A stretch of 64,000 bases of DNA, from contig JBOEGD010000010.1 in NCBI GenBank assembly GCA_050633245.1, positions 237,866 to 301,865 on the forward strand, in the 5' to 3' direction. The DNA comes from Calditrichia bacterium. GTDB taxonomy: Bacteria; Calditrichota; Calditrichia; RBG-13-44-9; J075. The notes under the pieces were generated by a model that was not told the DNA's origin, ran no database searches, and saw only the letters and a list, made by a program, of their open reading frames with translations. Of the stretch, positions 9,931 to 20,844 are shown piece by piece; positions within the stretch are counted from its first letter, which is position 1; each line of letters begins with the position of its first letter. Position numbers and translations under genes: made by a program.

Positions 9931-10824
9931 TTATCCAATCCGCGAGCGCACGCCCATGCGCTCGTAAAGTTCGGAGAGTGACATTTGAGTTTGACGAATA
10001 TCCTGCCAGTCTTTTAGCACAATACCCAGAGTCTGTTCAATTATTTCTGTCTCAAGATGATCGAAGTGTAGTTCGGAAAGCGCCATCGCCCAATCAAGCG
10101 TCTCGGCAATTCCAGGTGTCTTTTCCAGCTTCTGCTTCCGTAGTTCCTGCATAAAATGGCAGATTTCTTCAGCAAGACGTTTGTTGATGTCAGGCACTTT
10201 TCCCATAACAATAGAAAGTTCTTTTGTATAATCAGGGTAATCGATCCAGAGGTAGAGACAGCGTCGGCGTAAGGCTTCAGATAGTTCGCGTACGCGATTG
10301 CTTGTGACAACAACATGAGGAACATAAGTTGCTTTAATGGTGCCCATTTCCGGGATGGTAATCTGCCAATCCGAAAGAATTTCCAACAAGAAACTTTCAA
10401 ACTCAATATCTGAACGATCGACCTCATCAATGAGAAGTACAGGAGCTTTATGATGAGTTATAGCCTGAAGAAGCGGACGCTTCAGCAAAAACTGTTCACT
10501 GAAAATTGTAGCCTCTTTTTCCTCGACGGTCTTGCCGCTTTGTTCTTCGAGCTTGATGTGCAGTAGCTGTCGCTGATAGTTCCACTCATAAAGCGCATGG
10601 GTGGCGTCGAGCCCTTCATAACACTGTAGGCGAATCAAATCTGTATCGAGTGCAGAAGACATGACTTTGGCTATCTCAGTTTTCCCTACTCCGGCTGGCC
10701 CTTCAATAAGCAGCGGTTTTCCGAGTTTCATTGCCAGAAAGGTAGACATAACAATACTGTCCTCGGTAATATAGCCTTGCGAGGCCAGCATGGTAGCAAT
10801 TCGGTTGAGTTCTTTGTTGTTCAT
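9931..10824 (-). CDS. coxD: CoxD-like MoxR AAA+ ATPase
   Basis: EGPAGVGKT, RLQCYEGLD, LLIDEVD, ALRRRC. Confidence 0.92.
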   Translation of the reverse strand: MNNKELNRIATMLASQGYITEDSIVMSTFLAMKLGKPLLIEGPAGVGKTEIAKVMSSALDTDLIRLQCYEGLDATHALYEWNYQRQLLHIKLEEQSGKTVEEKEATIFSEQFLLKRPLLQAITHHKAPVLLIDEVDRSDIEFESFLLEILSDWQITIPEMGTIKATYVPHVVVTSNRVRELSEALRRRCLYLWIDYPDYTKELSIVMGKVPDINKRLAEEICHFMQELRKQKLEKTPGIAETLDWAMALSELHFDHLETEIIEQTLGIVLKDWQDIRQTQMSLSELYERMGVRSRIG

Positions 10825-10828
10825 ATGA

Positions 10829-11006
10829 GTTCAAGGTTCAAGGTTCAAGGTTCTGAGTTTTGAATAAGATAAAGGCAGAGGGGCAACAAGGCAACAAGGC
10901 AATTAGGCAACAAGGCAACAAGGCAACAAGGCAACAAGGCAACAAGGCAACAAGGCAACAAGGCAACAAGGCAACAAGGCAACAAGGCAACAAGGCAATT
11001 AGGCAA
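10829..11006. repeat. Short tandem repeats: (GTTCAAG)x3 and about 15 copies of GGCAACAA
   Basis: Directly visible; creates spurious QQGNKATR / LLPCCLVA ORFs. Confidence 0.95.
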
Positions 11007-11135
11007 AAAATAAAGGCAGAACAGAAGAGAAGAATCGGGCAAAGACTGCGAGGAAGTCAGGCAAGCAGAAATAAGTCAGCAGCGCTGGCCTGGTTAAGGT
11101 TTAACGCTGCTGACTTTCCATATCAAATACTCAGG

Positions 11136-11957
11136 TTATTTCAGATAAACCATGCGCTTAATTTGCTGAAAGCTACCGCTGCTAAGTCGATAAACATAAA
11201 CGCCGCTACTAACTGCAGCTCCAGCATCGTTTGTTGCATTCCAGCTGGTCTGAAAGCGCCCTGCCGCTAACTGCTCATCGACCAGCGTTTTGACCAGCTT
11301 ACCGCTAATATCATAAATTTTAAGACTCACTACGCCACTCACGGGTAGCGCAAACTCAATGGTCGTTTCCGGATTGAAGGGATTCGGATAGTTTTGAGTT
11401 AGCATATAGTCTTGCGGAGCAGAGCTAAGCGGATCGATTGAGGTCGGAGGATCAATGGTCAACATCGTGTCACGAGCTGACAAAACTGGCAGCAAGTTTG
11501 TAAAAGCCGTCGAGGCCATTGCTGAATATTCCAGGTCTACCAGAGAGCTATAACCGCTGCTGCCAATGGCAACAAAGTCTATAGTAATCAGTGAAAAGGC
11601 TCCTGTTGCTCCATTTATGTTGGCGCCATTGAAAATAAGTTCTCCACTGGATGCATTTTGATCATTTACGACACCGGTAAATCCGGAAGCTATGCCGGAG
11701 TTGCCGACGTAGCTAACCGCTAGAGTATCCCATTTTAAAGAAGCGGTAAAACTACCCAGTTTGTCGTTTGGTGAGGGGCTGTCATTCATATCCACACCAA
11801 CGGTTACGCTGAGAGTCTCATTTTGTCCGGGGGTTGCATCCGTTGGAACGGGAACAGATTTCACGTCACTGGCAAATAGAGGATTACTCATCATCCCAAA
11901 CAGCAGGATTGGCAAGAGTCTGGTTTGAAATCGTTGAAATAAATTTATGATAGTCAT
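11136..11957 (-). CDS. Secreted cohesin-domain protein with FlgD-Ig/T9SS-type C-terminal sorting domain
   Basis: Signal peptide; cohesin-like LGSFTASLKWD...LITIDF; QNYPNPFNPETTIEF...VSSGVYVYRL...KRMVYLK. Confidence 0.8.
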   Translation of the reverse strand: MTIINLFQRFQTRLLPILLFGMMSNPLFASDVKSVPVPTDATPGQNETLSVTVGVDMNDSPSPNDKLGSFTASLKWDTLAVSYVGNSGIASGFTGVVNDQNASSGELIFNGANINGATGAFSLITIDFVAIGSSGYSSLVDLEYSAMASTAFTNLLPVLSARDTMLTIDPPTSIDPLSSAPQDYMLTQNYPNPFNPETTIEFALPVSGVVSLKIYDISGKLVKTLVDEQLAAGRFQTSWNATNDAGAAVSSGVYVYRLSSGSFQQIKRMVYLK

Positions 11958-12015
11958 GTTATATCCTTTTATGCGTTTTTATTCATCTATGAAGTTAACC
12001 TGGCTACTTAACACC

Positions 12016-14613
12016 CTATTGCGTACAAACGGCATAAGGAACAGGTAGCCCGGCATCGTATGTAAGCAGCACCAGCGCATCTGTGGAATTGGTAAGACCA
12101 TCTCCATTCGTATCACCGCAACCATTATTGATCAGATCCAGAATTCCCGGATCACTGATAGCTACTCCTGCATCATAGGCAAGCAAAATTAATGCATCTG
12201 TGGAATTACAAAGGCCATCTCCATTAACGTCACCCAACCGGCACCCAGCCACAATTTCTACCAGCTTATCTATGGGGGCATTAAGGCATGGCAATAAGTT
12301 ATCGAAGGTCTGTGAGGCTGCCATTGCCGAGTATTCCAAATCCAAAAGGGTCGTATTACCTACGCTACCGACCGCTTTGAAAGTGACATCCAAAACTTGA
12401 ATCAGTCCTCCTGCACCATTCGCATTGGCACCATTAAAAATAATTTGACCAGGCGTCTGGTTAATTTGGCCGACAAAAGCGGAATTTAACGAAGCGGTTA
12501 CATACTCAACAACAGCGGGATCATACAACATTGAACCGGTAAAGCTGCCAAGTGAATCTGAAGGACTGGCGGCATTGCGCATATCAATCCAAACTGAATA
12601 ATCTTCTTCCTGGCCTTCCCCATGAGTAGAAGGGCCATTGACAGTTGAACGAACCACTCCTTGACAACCCACCCCTTGAACCACAGGAATTTTTATATTG
12701 GCGAAGGTCCAGGGACCACCATTGAGCGCAGTAACCGTAATCGTGCATTCAATTTCATGGCCTATCGGCACATTTGAATCTACTGCGAAAACAAATGGTG
12801 TATTATTCGTATCCTGCTGTGCGACACCAATATTCCCATAGTTGATTGTAGTATCACCGATAAATCCATTCACATACGGGCTAAACTCTTCAACTGTTAC
12901 CTCAACTCCAATGGCTTCGGTTGCACCATTAACACTGTTAAACAAGTCGATATGCCACTCAATGGTTTCACCGGGATTTACCTGCCCATCCCCGTTTCCA
13001 TTGCTCTGCCCATTGTTGTCGTCATCGTAAGACTGTCCGCCGAGGATAATCGTGGGGTTTCCAAGATTAAAATTTCCGTCGACGTAAATATCGAAGTCCG
13101 ATCCGCCATCACGATTATCCGCCCAGGCAACGTAGGCTTCGTCTGATCCCCAGTCACTGGTAATACTTTTGAGAGCGCCACCAGTGCTGGCATCCTGTGT
13201 ATCGTTGACTAACGTTGCAGGTAAGCTCCAACCGCTGGAAAGATCCTGAGGTCGGCTTAGATAGCGAACTGTTCCATCATCTCTTGTATAAGTGAGGTGC
13301 CAACTGACACCACCTTCATTCATATGAAGATGTGTTTGAAAGAGATCGAAATTATTTGAAATTAACGCTGTGCTTTGATTCCACGAGATTCCTTTATCAG
13401 TTGAATTCAGATATCTAAGGCGTTCGCGCGTCGGATTTCCACCCGAACTGGTATAGGTTACCATCACGTTTTCGGTATCCATGCTGCCGGCGATCTGTGG
13501 TTCAACTTCCTTGCCTTGTGGAGGAGTAATCTGCTCAATTGCCGCTTCGTTAGAAAAGGTCGCACCGCCATCATCGCTATAGACCAATTCAATCTGCTCT
13601 TGCGTTTCATTATAGGCAATGCAGTAAAGCCGTCCGCCAACCAACCCGGTACGTCCATAGGCGCCAGTTGCGTCAAGAAATTTATCTGGGGAGGTATTAC
13701 CGAGAGCTGAAATACGCGAATAGCTTGAACCGAAGTTCGTGCTGCGAAATAAGGTGCCATTTACGTTAGTCGCAGAGCCAAGAACGTGGGCCTGTGTAAT
13801 GATAAAAATGTCCCAAAGCCCCGTAAAAGGAGAGTCTGTCCAGACCACTGGCTTTACATAATCCCAATCAGCTATCTGACTTGGCACAATTAAATCATCA
13901 ATTTGCTCGGTGGCCATGTCAATTGTAGCAACTTCGATGTATTCATCACCTGAGCTATCCACTTCATACGCTACAATAATGCGGTCCTCTGTTCCTTCCC
14001 CAATAGCCAGGGATGGTGAGGCAAGACTAACAAACGGATCCGGGGTTGAGAATCCGATTACATAATCCCAGGAGAGCCCTCGTGTAGTAGACTTATAAAC
14101 AACAATATCGTTTGTTGAAACAACACTGCTTATATGAAAGGCAATATAGATGGTGCCATCTGAAGCGGTAGCCATCGAAGGCTGATTCTGTAGACCGATT
14201 AGATCCCTTACGGGCACATCGGTATTCCATACATTTGGTATTGGTGGAGCAGGCGATGACGCCTCATAATTTACAATCGTGCTGCTTTCACGAACGACGA
14301 CTTCTCCAAGAGCTTCCTCCCCTTCTCGTTCGGAATTCTGATCCTCTTGCTGCGCATTGATTTCATTGAGTGTTTCAAAATCTTCACTATGCTTGGCCTG
14401 GGCACGCTGAACGGCCAATTCCGACAATGGCACCGGCTGAATACGTTGTATATATTCAGATGACTCTGGTTCCAAAATAATGTCTTCAGTCTGGTTAGTT
14501 GCTGTCCCCTTTTGCTGAGCCAGCAGGGTTGCGCTGAGAAGAACAAGCCACACCAAAAAGTGTTGAACAAATTTTCTCGCCTCATTCAGGGTTAACTGAT
14601 TTTTTGAATCCAT
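12016..14613 (-). CDS. Secreted BNR/Asp-box beta-propeller protein with Ig-like, cohesin and C-terminal dockerin domains
   Basis: Asp-boxes YKSTTRGLSW, RSTNFGSSY, YSDDGGATF, NSTDKGISW; duplicated EF-hand-like GDVNGDGLCNSTDA / GDTNGDGLTNSTDA dockerin. Confidence 0.8.
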   Translation of the reverse strand: MDSKNQLTLNEARKFVQHFLVWLVLLSATLLAQQKGTATNQTEDIILEPESSEYIQRIQPVPLSELAVQRAQAKHSEDFETLNEINAQQEDQNSEREGEEALGEVVVRESSTIVNYEASSPAPPIPNVWNTDVPVRDLIGLQNQPSMATASDGTIYIAFHISSVVSTNDIVVYKSTTRGLSWDYVIGFSTPDPFVSLASPSLAIGEGTEDRIIVAYEVDSSGDEYIEVATIDMATEQIDDLIVPSQIADWDYVKPVVWTDSPFTGLWDIFIITQAHVLGSATNVNGTLFRSTNFGSSYSRISALGNTSPDKFLDATGAYGRTGLVGGRLYCIAYNETQEQIELVYSDDGGATFSNEAAIEQITPPQGKEVEPQIAGSMDTENVMVTYTSSGGNPTRERLRYLNSTDKGISWNQSTALISNNFDLFQTHLHMNEGGVSWHLTYTRDDGTVRYLSRPQDLSSGWSLPATLVNDTQDASTGGALKSITSDWGSDEAYVAWADNRDGGSDFDIYVDGNFNLGNPTIILGGQSYDDDNNGQSNGNGDGQVNPGETIEWHIDLFNSVNGATEAIGVEVTVEEFSPYVNGFIGDTTINYGNIGVAQQDTNNTPFVFAVDSNVPIGHEIECTITVTALNGGPWTFANIKIPVVQGVGCQGVVRSTVNGPSTHGEGQEEDYSVWIDMRNAASPSDSLGSFTGSMLYDPAVVEYVTASLNSAFVGQINQTPGQIIFNGANANGAGGLIQVLDVTFKAVGSVGNTTLLDLEYSAMAASQTFDNLLPCLNAPIDKLVEIVAGCRLGDVNGDGLCNSTDALILLAYDAGVAISDPGILDLINNGCGDTNGDGLTNSTDALVLLTYDAGLPVPYAVCTQ

Positions 14614-14887
14614 TAAAGACCTCCAAAAAGGATTGGTTTGACATAATTCCTATAATGATGAGCTTCCCAACATCCATCCAGTTCCAGCTATTTGGGTCTA
14701 ATAACCTGTGTATAAATCAGATCTGATTGCATGCAGAGGTAACATATAACAGAGGGGTATTTCAGGACTAACAGTAGAACGACAAATTGTGTTGCGGAAA
14801 CGTAACTTTGGCAGAATTGGAGGGGTTCTTGAAAAAAAAAGTGCAAAATCAGCGTCTGCTCAGTTCATAAAACAGAGCAACATGAAC

Positions 14888-15250
14888 TTACTTTTCAACT
14901 GCGATTGCATCCAAAACATCTTCTATTGGAAGGTCTTCGACAGCATTTTTTATCTTTTCAACCGTTTCATCGGCCTTTTCCGCTGCATCGCGAACATCTT
15001 CCACCACTTCTTTTACCTCTTCGACTTTTTCTTTGCCTTTTTGAAAACCTTCGCGGATGCGCTTCATGTCCTCGGCCGGATCTTCACTGATCATCAGAAA
15101 AGACATTAGACCAAACGCCAGCAGCATTGTGCAGGTAATGGCGAACTTTACCAGCCTTTTCAGGATTCCAAAGGCAACTGAAAAGCAAAGAAAAGCACCA
15201 ACGGCAAGATATGTTTGTGGTTGAAGCAGAAATTCCGGCATGTTGATCAT
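14888..15250 (-). CDS. Hypothetical membrane protein with coiled-coil tail
   Basis: Two TM segments then charged helical repeats; GGAGG RBS upstream. Confidence 0.6.
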   Translation of the reverse strand: MINMPEFLLQPQTYLAVGAFLCFSVAFGILKRLVKFAITCTMLLAFGLMSFLMISEDPAEDMKRIREGFQKGKEKVEEVKEVVEDVRDAAEKADETVEKIKNAVEDLPIEDVLDAIAVEK

Positions 15251-15327
15251 CCTCCGTGATAACGTAATTCGCCCGCTTCCTTGCGGCCCTAACAGAATAA
15301 TCGGAGCTGAGAGGTCTTAGCTTGAAG

Positions 15328-15364
15328 AAAAAAAGGCCGTCCCGATTTCTCGGGACGGCCTTTA
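15328..15364 (-). terminator. Intrinsic terminator after coxM
   Basis: AAAGGCCGTCCCGA-tttc-TCGGGACGGCCTTT perfect stem with A-run on + (U-tract on -). Confidence 0.9.
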
Positions 15365-15389
15365 GAAAAACAAACGATGTTATAAAGGA

Positions 15390-16250
15390 TCAGGCGTTCT
15401 TAATTGCCTGCATAATCGCTCGCTTGGCAAAAACACCAGCCAAGTGACGACGATACTCTTCAGACGCATAGTGATCACTCATGACATCGACACCGGCAGC
15501 AGAATTGGCAACAACAACTGCTACTGAGGTTTCATCTGCAGACTGCCCGTTCAGTGCAGCTTCTACACCACTATCGCGAAATGCAGCGTTAGCAACGCCA
15601 TTAAAAGCCACGCGTACATCCTTGCACACACCGTCATCAACCGTTACCATAGCGGCACAGCCTACCAGAGCAAAGCGTGATGCCGGCTGAGGAAACTTCG
15701 CATAGCTGCCACCCCGTCCATTCGGCGTGGAAGGAACACGAACCTGAGTAACGATCTCACCCTCATTAAGCGCAGTGTGATAAATATCGATGAAGAAGTC
15801 AGTCGCAGCTACAGTTCTGGGGCCACTACTGCCGCGCATCGTAACTTCGGCATCCAACGCAAGTAGCGCCGCCGGATAATCTGAAGCCGGATCGGCATGT
15901 GCAATACTACCACCCAAGGTGCCACGATTGCGCACCTGAATATCGCCAATCCAACCGGCATTTTCGGCCAAAAGTGGAGCCTTCGACTTTACCAGATCGG
16001 AGTGTTCTATTGAAGCATGCGTTGTTGCCGCCCCAATGACCAAACCACCGCCATCTTCACGGATATAGCTCAGCTCGTCGATTTTTGAGATATCAATTAG
16101 CGCTGAAGGCTCACTCAATCGCAACTTCATTGCCGGTAGCAGGCTGTGTCCGCCCGCCAGGAGACGTGCATCGTCTCCCTGCTCCTCCAGCATTCTAAGT
16201 GCCTCATCCACCGATGATGCGCGAAGGTATTCAAATTTTGCAGGTACCAT
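15390..16250 (-). CDS. coxM: CoxM/CutM-like FAD-binding medium subunit
   Basis: LAGGHSLLP, QVRNRGTLGGSIAHADP, YRRHLA. Confidence 0.93.
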   Translation of the reverse strand: MVPAKFEYLRASSVDEALRMLEEQGDDARLLAGGHSLLPAMKLRLSEPSALIDISKIDELSYIREDGGGLVIGAATTHASIEHSDLVKSKAPLLAENAGWIGDIQVRNRGTLGGSIAHADPASDYPAALLALDAEVTMRGSSGPRTVAATDFFIDIYHTALNEGEIVTQVRVPSTPNGRGGSYAKFPQPASRFALVGCAAMVTVDDGVCKDVRVAFNGVANAAFRDSGVEAALNGQSADETSVAVVVANSAAGVDVMSDHYASEEYRRHLAGVFAKRAIMQAIKNA

Positions 16251-16267
16251 TATTATCTCCTGTTATA

Positions 16268-18637
16268 TTATTTCGCATCCTGAATTGCGCGCCAGACACG
16301 CTCGGGCGTGCAGGGCATCTCGATGGAGTTTACGCCAAACGGCTTTAGCGCATCTACTACGGCATTGACGACAGCTGGAGTAGAACCAATAGTTCCGGCC
16401 TCTCCGGCACCCTTTACGCCAAGCGGATTGTGCGGGCATGGTGTTACCGTGCGATCGACCTCGAATGAAGGCAGATCATCTGCACGCGGCATACAGTAAT
16501 CCATATACGAGCCATTCAGCAACTGACCATTATCATCATAAAGTGCAGCTTCATGTAGTGCCTGACCAATTCCTTGCGCCAGTCCACCGTGAATCTGTCC
16601 ATCAACGATCATCGGATTAATCACATTACCTACGTCATCACATGCAACGAAACGCTTCAGCTCGACACGTCCGGTTTCCGGATCTACTTCTACCACAGCA
16701 ATATGGCATCCGTATGGATAAGTAAAGTTGGCCGGGTCGTAGAAGCTGGAAAAATCTAATCCGGGCTCAAGTCCTTCCGGATAATCATGCGGCACGTAGG
16801 CAGTAAGCGAAACATCACCAAAGGCAATGGATTTGTCAGTTCCCTTAACCGTCCAGGCACCATTGGCAAACTCAAGATCATCTTCCGATGCCTCGAGTTT
16901 ATGTGCGGCAATTTTGGCACCTTTTTCCAGCACCTTATCAATGCTCTTCATGATGGCGCTGCCCCCTACTGCCAGGCTTCGCGAACCGTAGGTTCCCATT
17001 CCGAATGCAACGGAATCGGAATCACCGTGAACCACATCCACATCTTCCAGAGCAATTCCAAGTTTATCAGCAACAATCTGCGCAAACGTTGTTTCATGAC
17101 CTTGTCCATGTGAATGAGAGCCGGTAAAAACGCTTACCTTGCCGGTTGGTTGAACACGCACCTGCGCCGATTCATACAATCCGGCACGAGCCCCTAATGA
17201 ACCCACCACCGCTGAGGGTGCAATTCCACATGCTTCGATGTAGGTTGAAAATCCAACCCCGATGTAGCGTCCGTTCTTTCGTGCTTCTTCCTGCTCTTTA
17301 CGCAGATTATCATAATCGATCATTTCCAAAGCGCGGTCGAGAACACCATGATAATTTCCACTATCGTATTGCAGTGCAACCTGTGTTTCATAACTAGGTT
17401 GAGTTACGCCATCAAATGCCGGAATGAAATTTTTTCTTCGCAGCTCAGCGGGATCCATATTTAGTTCATGCGCAGCGGTATCGACCAAACGTTCCAGCAA
17501 ATAGGTCGCTTCGGGGCGCCCTGCTCCGCGATAGGCATCTACTGCAACGGTATTGGTAAAGGTTGCCACCAGATCAATGTGAATCGCCGGAGTAGTATAA
17601 AGCCCCTGCAAAAGCGTTCCGTGCAGCCAGGTTGGCACACAGGTTGAAAAAGTAGATAGATAGGCACCAAGATTCGCATACGTCTTAATACGTAAGCCAA
17701 CCATTTTACCATCAGTATCAAAACCCATTTCCGCTTTGGTTACATGATCGCGACCGTGTGCGTCAGACATAAAGCTTTCGCTACGCTCGGCAGTCCACTT
17801 TACCGGGCGACCAAGTCGTTCGGTTGCCCAAATTACCAGAGCCTCTTCGGTATAGTGAAAAATTTTACTTCCAAATCCACCACCGACATCCGGGGAAACC
17901 ACGCGAACCTTATGTTCCGGCAAGTTCAACACAAAAGCACACATCAGAAGGCGAATGAGATGCGGATTCTGAGAACTGGTATACAGCGTGTATTTGTCAT
18001 TTGCAGTGTCGTAGTGTCCAATAGCGGCTCGCGGCTCAATGGCATTCGGCACAAGGCGTTGATTTACAAACTCTAAGGTGGTAATGTGTGCAGCGCCGCT
18101 CATTGCGGTATCCGTTTTCGCCTTATCACCAAGTTCCCAATCGAAACAGGTATTGTTCGGCACATCATCATGCACCTGCGGTGCGCTTGAGTCGGCTGCT
18201 TTCTTCGCATCGACAACGGCATCCAGTTCTTCATAGTCAATATCGATAAGGTCGGCGGCATCTACGGCAATACCTTTTTCTTCAGCGATAATCATGGCAA
18301 CTGCATCTCCAACGTGTCGAACCTTATCGGCCACTAACAGCGGATGAGACGGTTCTTTCATGGTATCGCCATTTTTAAAGTCTACCTGCCAACCGCAAGG
18401 AACTCCATTTACACCGGAATCGACGATATCCTTGCCGATATAAACGGCGACCACTCCGGGATGCGCTTTGGCTGCGGAGACATCAATACTATTAATTTTA
18501 GCGTGAGCGTATGGACTACGCACAATGTGAGCGTGAAGCATATTTGGCAGCACAATATCATCTGTATAGCGGCCCTTACCGGTGATGAACCGTTTATCTT
18601 CAACGCGTTTTACCGATTTTCCAATCATTTTTCCCAT
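16268..18637 (-). CDS. coxL: Form II CoxL-like molybdopterin large subunit (xanthine oxidase family)
   Basis: GGGFGSK, AYRGAGR active-site loop, GQGHET, GTYGSRS, GVKGAGE. Confidence 0.92.
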   Translation of the reverse strand: MGKMIGKSVKRVEDKRFITGKGRYTDDIVLPNMLHAHIVRSPYAHAKINSIDVSAAKAHPGVVAVYIGKDIVDSGVNGVPCGWQVDFKNGDTMKEPSHPLLVADKVRHVGDAVAMIIAEEKGIAVDAADLIDIDYEELDAVVDAKKAADSSAPQVHDDVPNNTCFDWELGDKAKTDTAMSGAAHITTLEFVNQRLVPNAIEPRAAIGHYDTANDKYTLYTSSQNPHLIRLLMCAFVLNLPEHKVRVVSPDVGGGFGSKIFHYTEEALVIWATERLGRPVKWTAERSESFMSDAHGRDHVTKAEMGFDTDGKMVGLRIKTYANLGAYLSTFSTCVPTWLHGTLLQGLYTTPAIHIDLVATFTNTVAVDAYRGAGRPEATYLLERLVDTAAHELNMDPAELRRKNFIPAFDGVTQPSYETQVALQYDSGNYHGVLDRALEMIDYDNLRKEQEEARKNGRYIGVGFSTYIEACGIAPSAVVGSLGARAGLYESAQVRVQPTGKVSVFTGSHSHGQGHETTFAQIVADKLGIALEDVDVVHGDSDSVAFGMGTYGSRSLAVGGSAIMKSIDKVLEKGAKIAAHKLEASEDDLEFANGAWTVKGTDKSIAFGDVSLTAYVPHDYPEGLEPGLDFSSFYDPANFTYPYGCHIAVVEVDPETGRVELKRFVACDDVGNVINPMIVDGQIHGGLAQGIGQALHEAALYDDNGQLLNGSYMDYCMPRADDLPSFEVDRTVTPCPHNPLGVKGAGEAGTIGSTPAVVNAVVDALKPFGVNSIEMPCTPERVWRAIQDAK

Positions 18638-18651
18638 AGGTCAGGCCTCCT

Positions 18652-19119
18652 TTAGCTCATTTTGTTTGCTGCATACTGGATGGCTTTAACGATGTTATGA
18701 TATCCGGTGCAGCGGCAGAAGTTGCCCTCCAATGCTTCACGAATTTCATGTTCACTTGGCTTCGGATTATCTTCCAAAAGCTGAGCGGCGGTCATAATCA
18801 TTCCCGGCGTACAGAATCCGCACTGCAAACCGTGCTCTTCGCGAAACCCTTCCTGAAGCGGATGCAAATCACCATTCGAAGAAATGCCCTCAATTGTAAC
18901 AACGTCGGCTCCATCGGCCTGAACAGCCAGCATAGTGCAAGATTTTACAGCTTTACCGTTAACGTGAACCGTGCAGGCGCCACAAGCCGTGGTATCGCAA
19001 CCAACATGGGTTCCAGTGAGTTTGAGCGACTCTCTCAGGAAATCGACAAGCATCATTCGCGGTTCAACCTCTTTCTGTAAGGTTTCACCATTCACTTTTA
19101 CCGAAATGGACATCGCCAT
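18652..19119 (-). CDS. coxS: CoxS-like 2x[2Fe-2S] small subunit
   Basis: [24 protein letters not shown]; start moved to ATG 19119 with GGAGG RBS. Confidence 0.94.
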   Translation of the reverse strand: MAMSISVKVNGETLQKEVEPRMMLVDFLRESLKLTGTHVGCDTTACGACTVHVNGKAVKSCTMLAVQADGADVVTIEGISSNGDLHPLQEGFREEHGLQCGFCTPGMIMTAAQLLEDNPKPSEHEIREALEGNFCRCTGYHNIVKAIQYAANKMS

Positions 19120-19150
19120 TCGTGTTCCTCCTGTATTATTTAAGTCTGTT

Positions 19151-19220
19151 GAGACGCGATGCATCGCGTCTTTACGGTAGTTATGTTTTTAGTGCGGGCG
19201 TGGGTCAAGACCCACGTTAC
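19151..19220. repeat. Pair of REP-like palindromes (GTAAAGACGCGATGCATCGCGTCTC and GTAACGTGGGTCTTGACCCACG, read on -)
   Basis: Both types recur at 23340-23392; first type also at 37948-37972 and 50554-50581. Confidence 0.8.
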
Positions 19221-19250
19221 TCTTATCTGCAGTCTTTTCATTGCCGTCTT

Positions 19251-19769
19251 TTACTTTTTTCCAAAGAGACCTGCGAGAAAGGCTTTTATGATCTGCCAAA
19301 GAGACCCCCGACCGGTGCTGCCACTCTCGACGCCGGTAACCTCTTCATCGATCGCGCTGAAAAATTGACCGGTCATACTATTTGCAACACCGCTAAGCAC
19401 GCGCTGTCCGGTTCTTGCCAGCGTTCCACTGAGCTTTGCATCTCCGGAGAACCGTACTTCCGTTTCATTCTTGGACAGTGAATTTAGCTTCAAATCGCCT
19501 TCTGCATTCACATTGCCGATCTTACCATTCAGCTTAATTTTCAGCTTATAGCTTTCCGGAGCAACCTTATCGACCACAGCCAACGTGCCTTTAAAGTCCC
19601 CTTTTACAGGTCCCATTTTCACTTCAAAAATTGCTTTATATTCATCATTACCAAGCGGTTCGAGTGATTTTGCGCCAGGCGTTACTTTCGCGAGAACAAT
19701 CGGGTCGAGAAGGGCCTTCCAAACGGCTTCACGAGAGGCTTTGAGGGTATGCGTACCTTCCAGGTGCAT
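19251..19769 (-). CDS. coxG: CoxG (SRPBCC family)
   Basis: VWKALLDP.VL...PG, GPVKG.F.G, G.LA..GQR pattern; upstream of coxS. Confidence 0.88.
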   Translation of the reverse strand: MHLEGTHTLKASREAVWKALLDPIVLAKVTPGAKSLEPLGNDEYKAIFEVKMGPVKGDFKGTLAVVDKVAPESYKLKIKLNGKIGNVNAEGDLKLNSLSKNETEVRFSGDAKLSGTLARTGQRVLSGVANSMTGQFFSAIDEEVTGVESGSTGRGSLWQIIKAFLAGLFGKK

Positions 19770-19858
19770 GGAAATCTCCTACTGCTGAAAAGTTAGATGG
19801 GACGTCACTTAGTCAGGCGTGACGATCAATTCAAAATCAGATGAAATACAATATATTG

Positions 19859-20269
19859 TCAGGCGTGACTGCTTAACCACGTTTCGCCATCAACAGCGAC
19901 TTCTTTTTTCCAGATGGGTACAATTTGCTTTAAGCGATCGATGGTGTATTGGCATGCCTCAAAGGCATCTGCTCGATGAGGTGATGCAACGGCAATAACA
20001 ACCGCCACGTCACCAATGTCCAAAATACCGGTGCGATGCGAAACGGCAGCAGCACGCACATCCCAGCGTTCGGTGATTTCATCAATAATTCGCTGAATCA
20101 TTTTTCCGGCCATTGCAGGATAGGCTTCATATTCCAGGCGCTGCACTTCTTTGCCGTATGAATGATTTCTCACCGTGCCGAGAAAGACGCTCAATCCACC
20201 GCAATCGTCTCGCGACGCAGCAGCAATTATCTTATTCACATCGATTGGTTCAGCCGTAATTTCAATCAT
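19859..20269 (-). CDS. moaE: Molybdopterin synthase large subunit
   Basis: FLGTVRN, LEYEAY, HRTG.L, HRADAF, PIWKKE. Confidence 0.95.
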   Translation of the reverse strand: MIEITAEPIDVNKIIAAASRDDCGGLSVFLGTVRNHSYGKEVQRLEYEAYPAMAGKMIQRIIDEITERWDVRAAAVSHRTGILDIGDVAVVIAVASPHRADAFEACQYTIDRLKQIVPIWKKEVAVDGETWLSSHA

Positions 20270-20270
20270 A

Positions 20271-20513
20271 TCATCCCCCGCTTACCGGTGGAATAATTGC
20301 AACCTCATCGCCATCAGCCAATGTTCGCGTCTCATCAGCGTATTCCATATTCACAGCAATCATATAGCTACCCAGGCGGGCAAATTCGCTATAATCTGCC
20401 TTCAATCTATCCAGCGCCTGCTTCACAGTATCTCCGGGGGTCAACTGTATCGCCAGTTCACTTTTTCCGGTCAATTCTCTGCCCAGCGCAAATAGTTTGA
20501 TGGTTATTGTCAT
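20271..20513 (-). CDS. moaD: Molybdopterin synthase sulfur carrier
   Basis: AVNMEY, GDEVAIIPPVSGG C-terminal di-Gly. Confidence 0.95.
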   Translation of the reverse strand: MTITIKLFALGRELTGKSELAIQLTPGDTVKQALDRLKADYSEFARLGSYMIAVNMEYADETRTLADGDEVAIIPPVSGG

Positions 20514-20844
20514 GTATATAGATTCAGGTAGTATTTAAAACGCAAAGATGCGTCATGGTCGTGTGCCGAAACATAGTGGGAGCTTCGACCGAATTTGGAA
20601 GCTTGTATATGGATTTAATATATAGGCGAGGTGTGAAATTGTCAAATAGTATATCGGTCAAGAGCAGAATTGCTGAGCGTTCTGGTGAGGAATACAAATT
20701 TAATGGACAAAGAAGTCCTAAAGTCGTATCTTCCTCTTGTCATCATAAAAAACCACCTCAATGTCGATTGCATCTGTTCCCAACGAGCGTAACGCTCTCG
20801 GGAGTGACGTTTTCCGGCTCATTAGCGCATTTTTGGAGATTTGT

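Noticed and set aside
10845-11270. ORFs with QQGNKATR / LLPCCLVA repeats
   Set aside because: Translations of the GGCAACAA tandem repeat; one overlaps a real gene antisense
16268-18637. Bona fide form I aerobic CO dehydrogenase
   Set aside because: Active-site loop is AYRGAGR, lacking the Cu-binding Cys of AYXCSFR
20538-20556. Third PhaR box (ACGCAAAGATGCGTCA) upstream of WS/DGAT
   Set aside because: Half-site spacing differs from the four boxes and it could be a REP remnant
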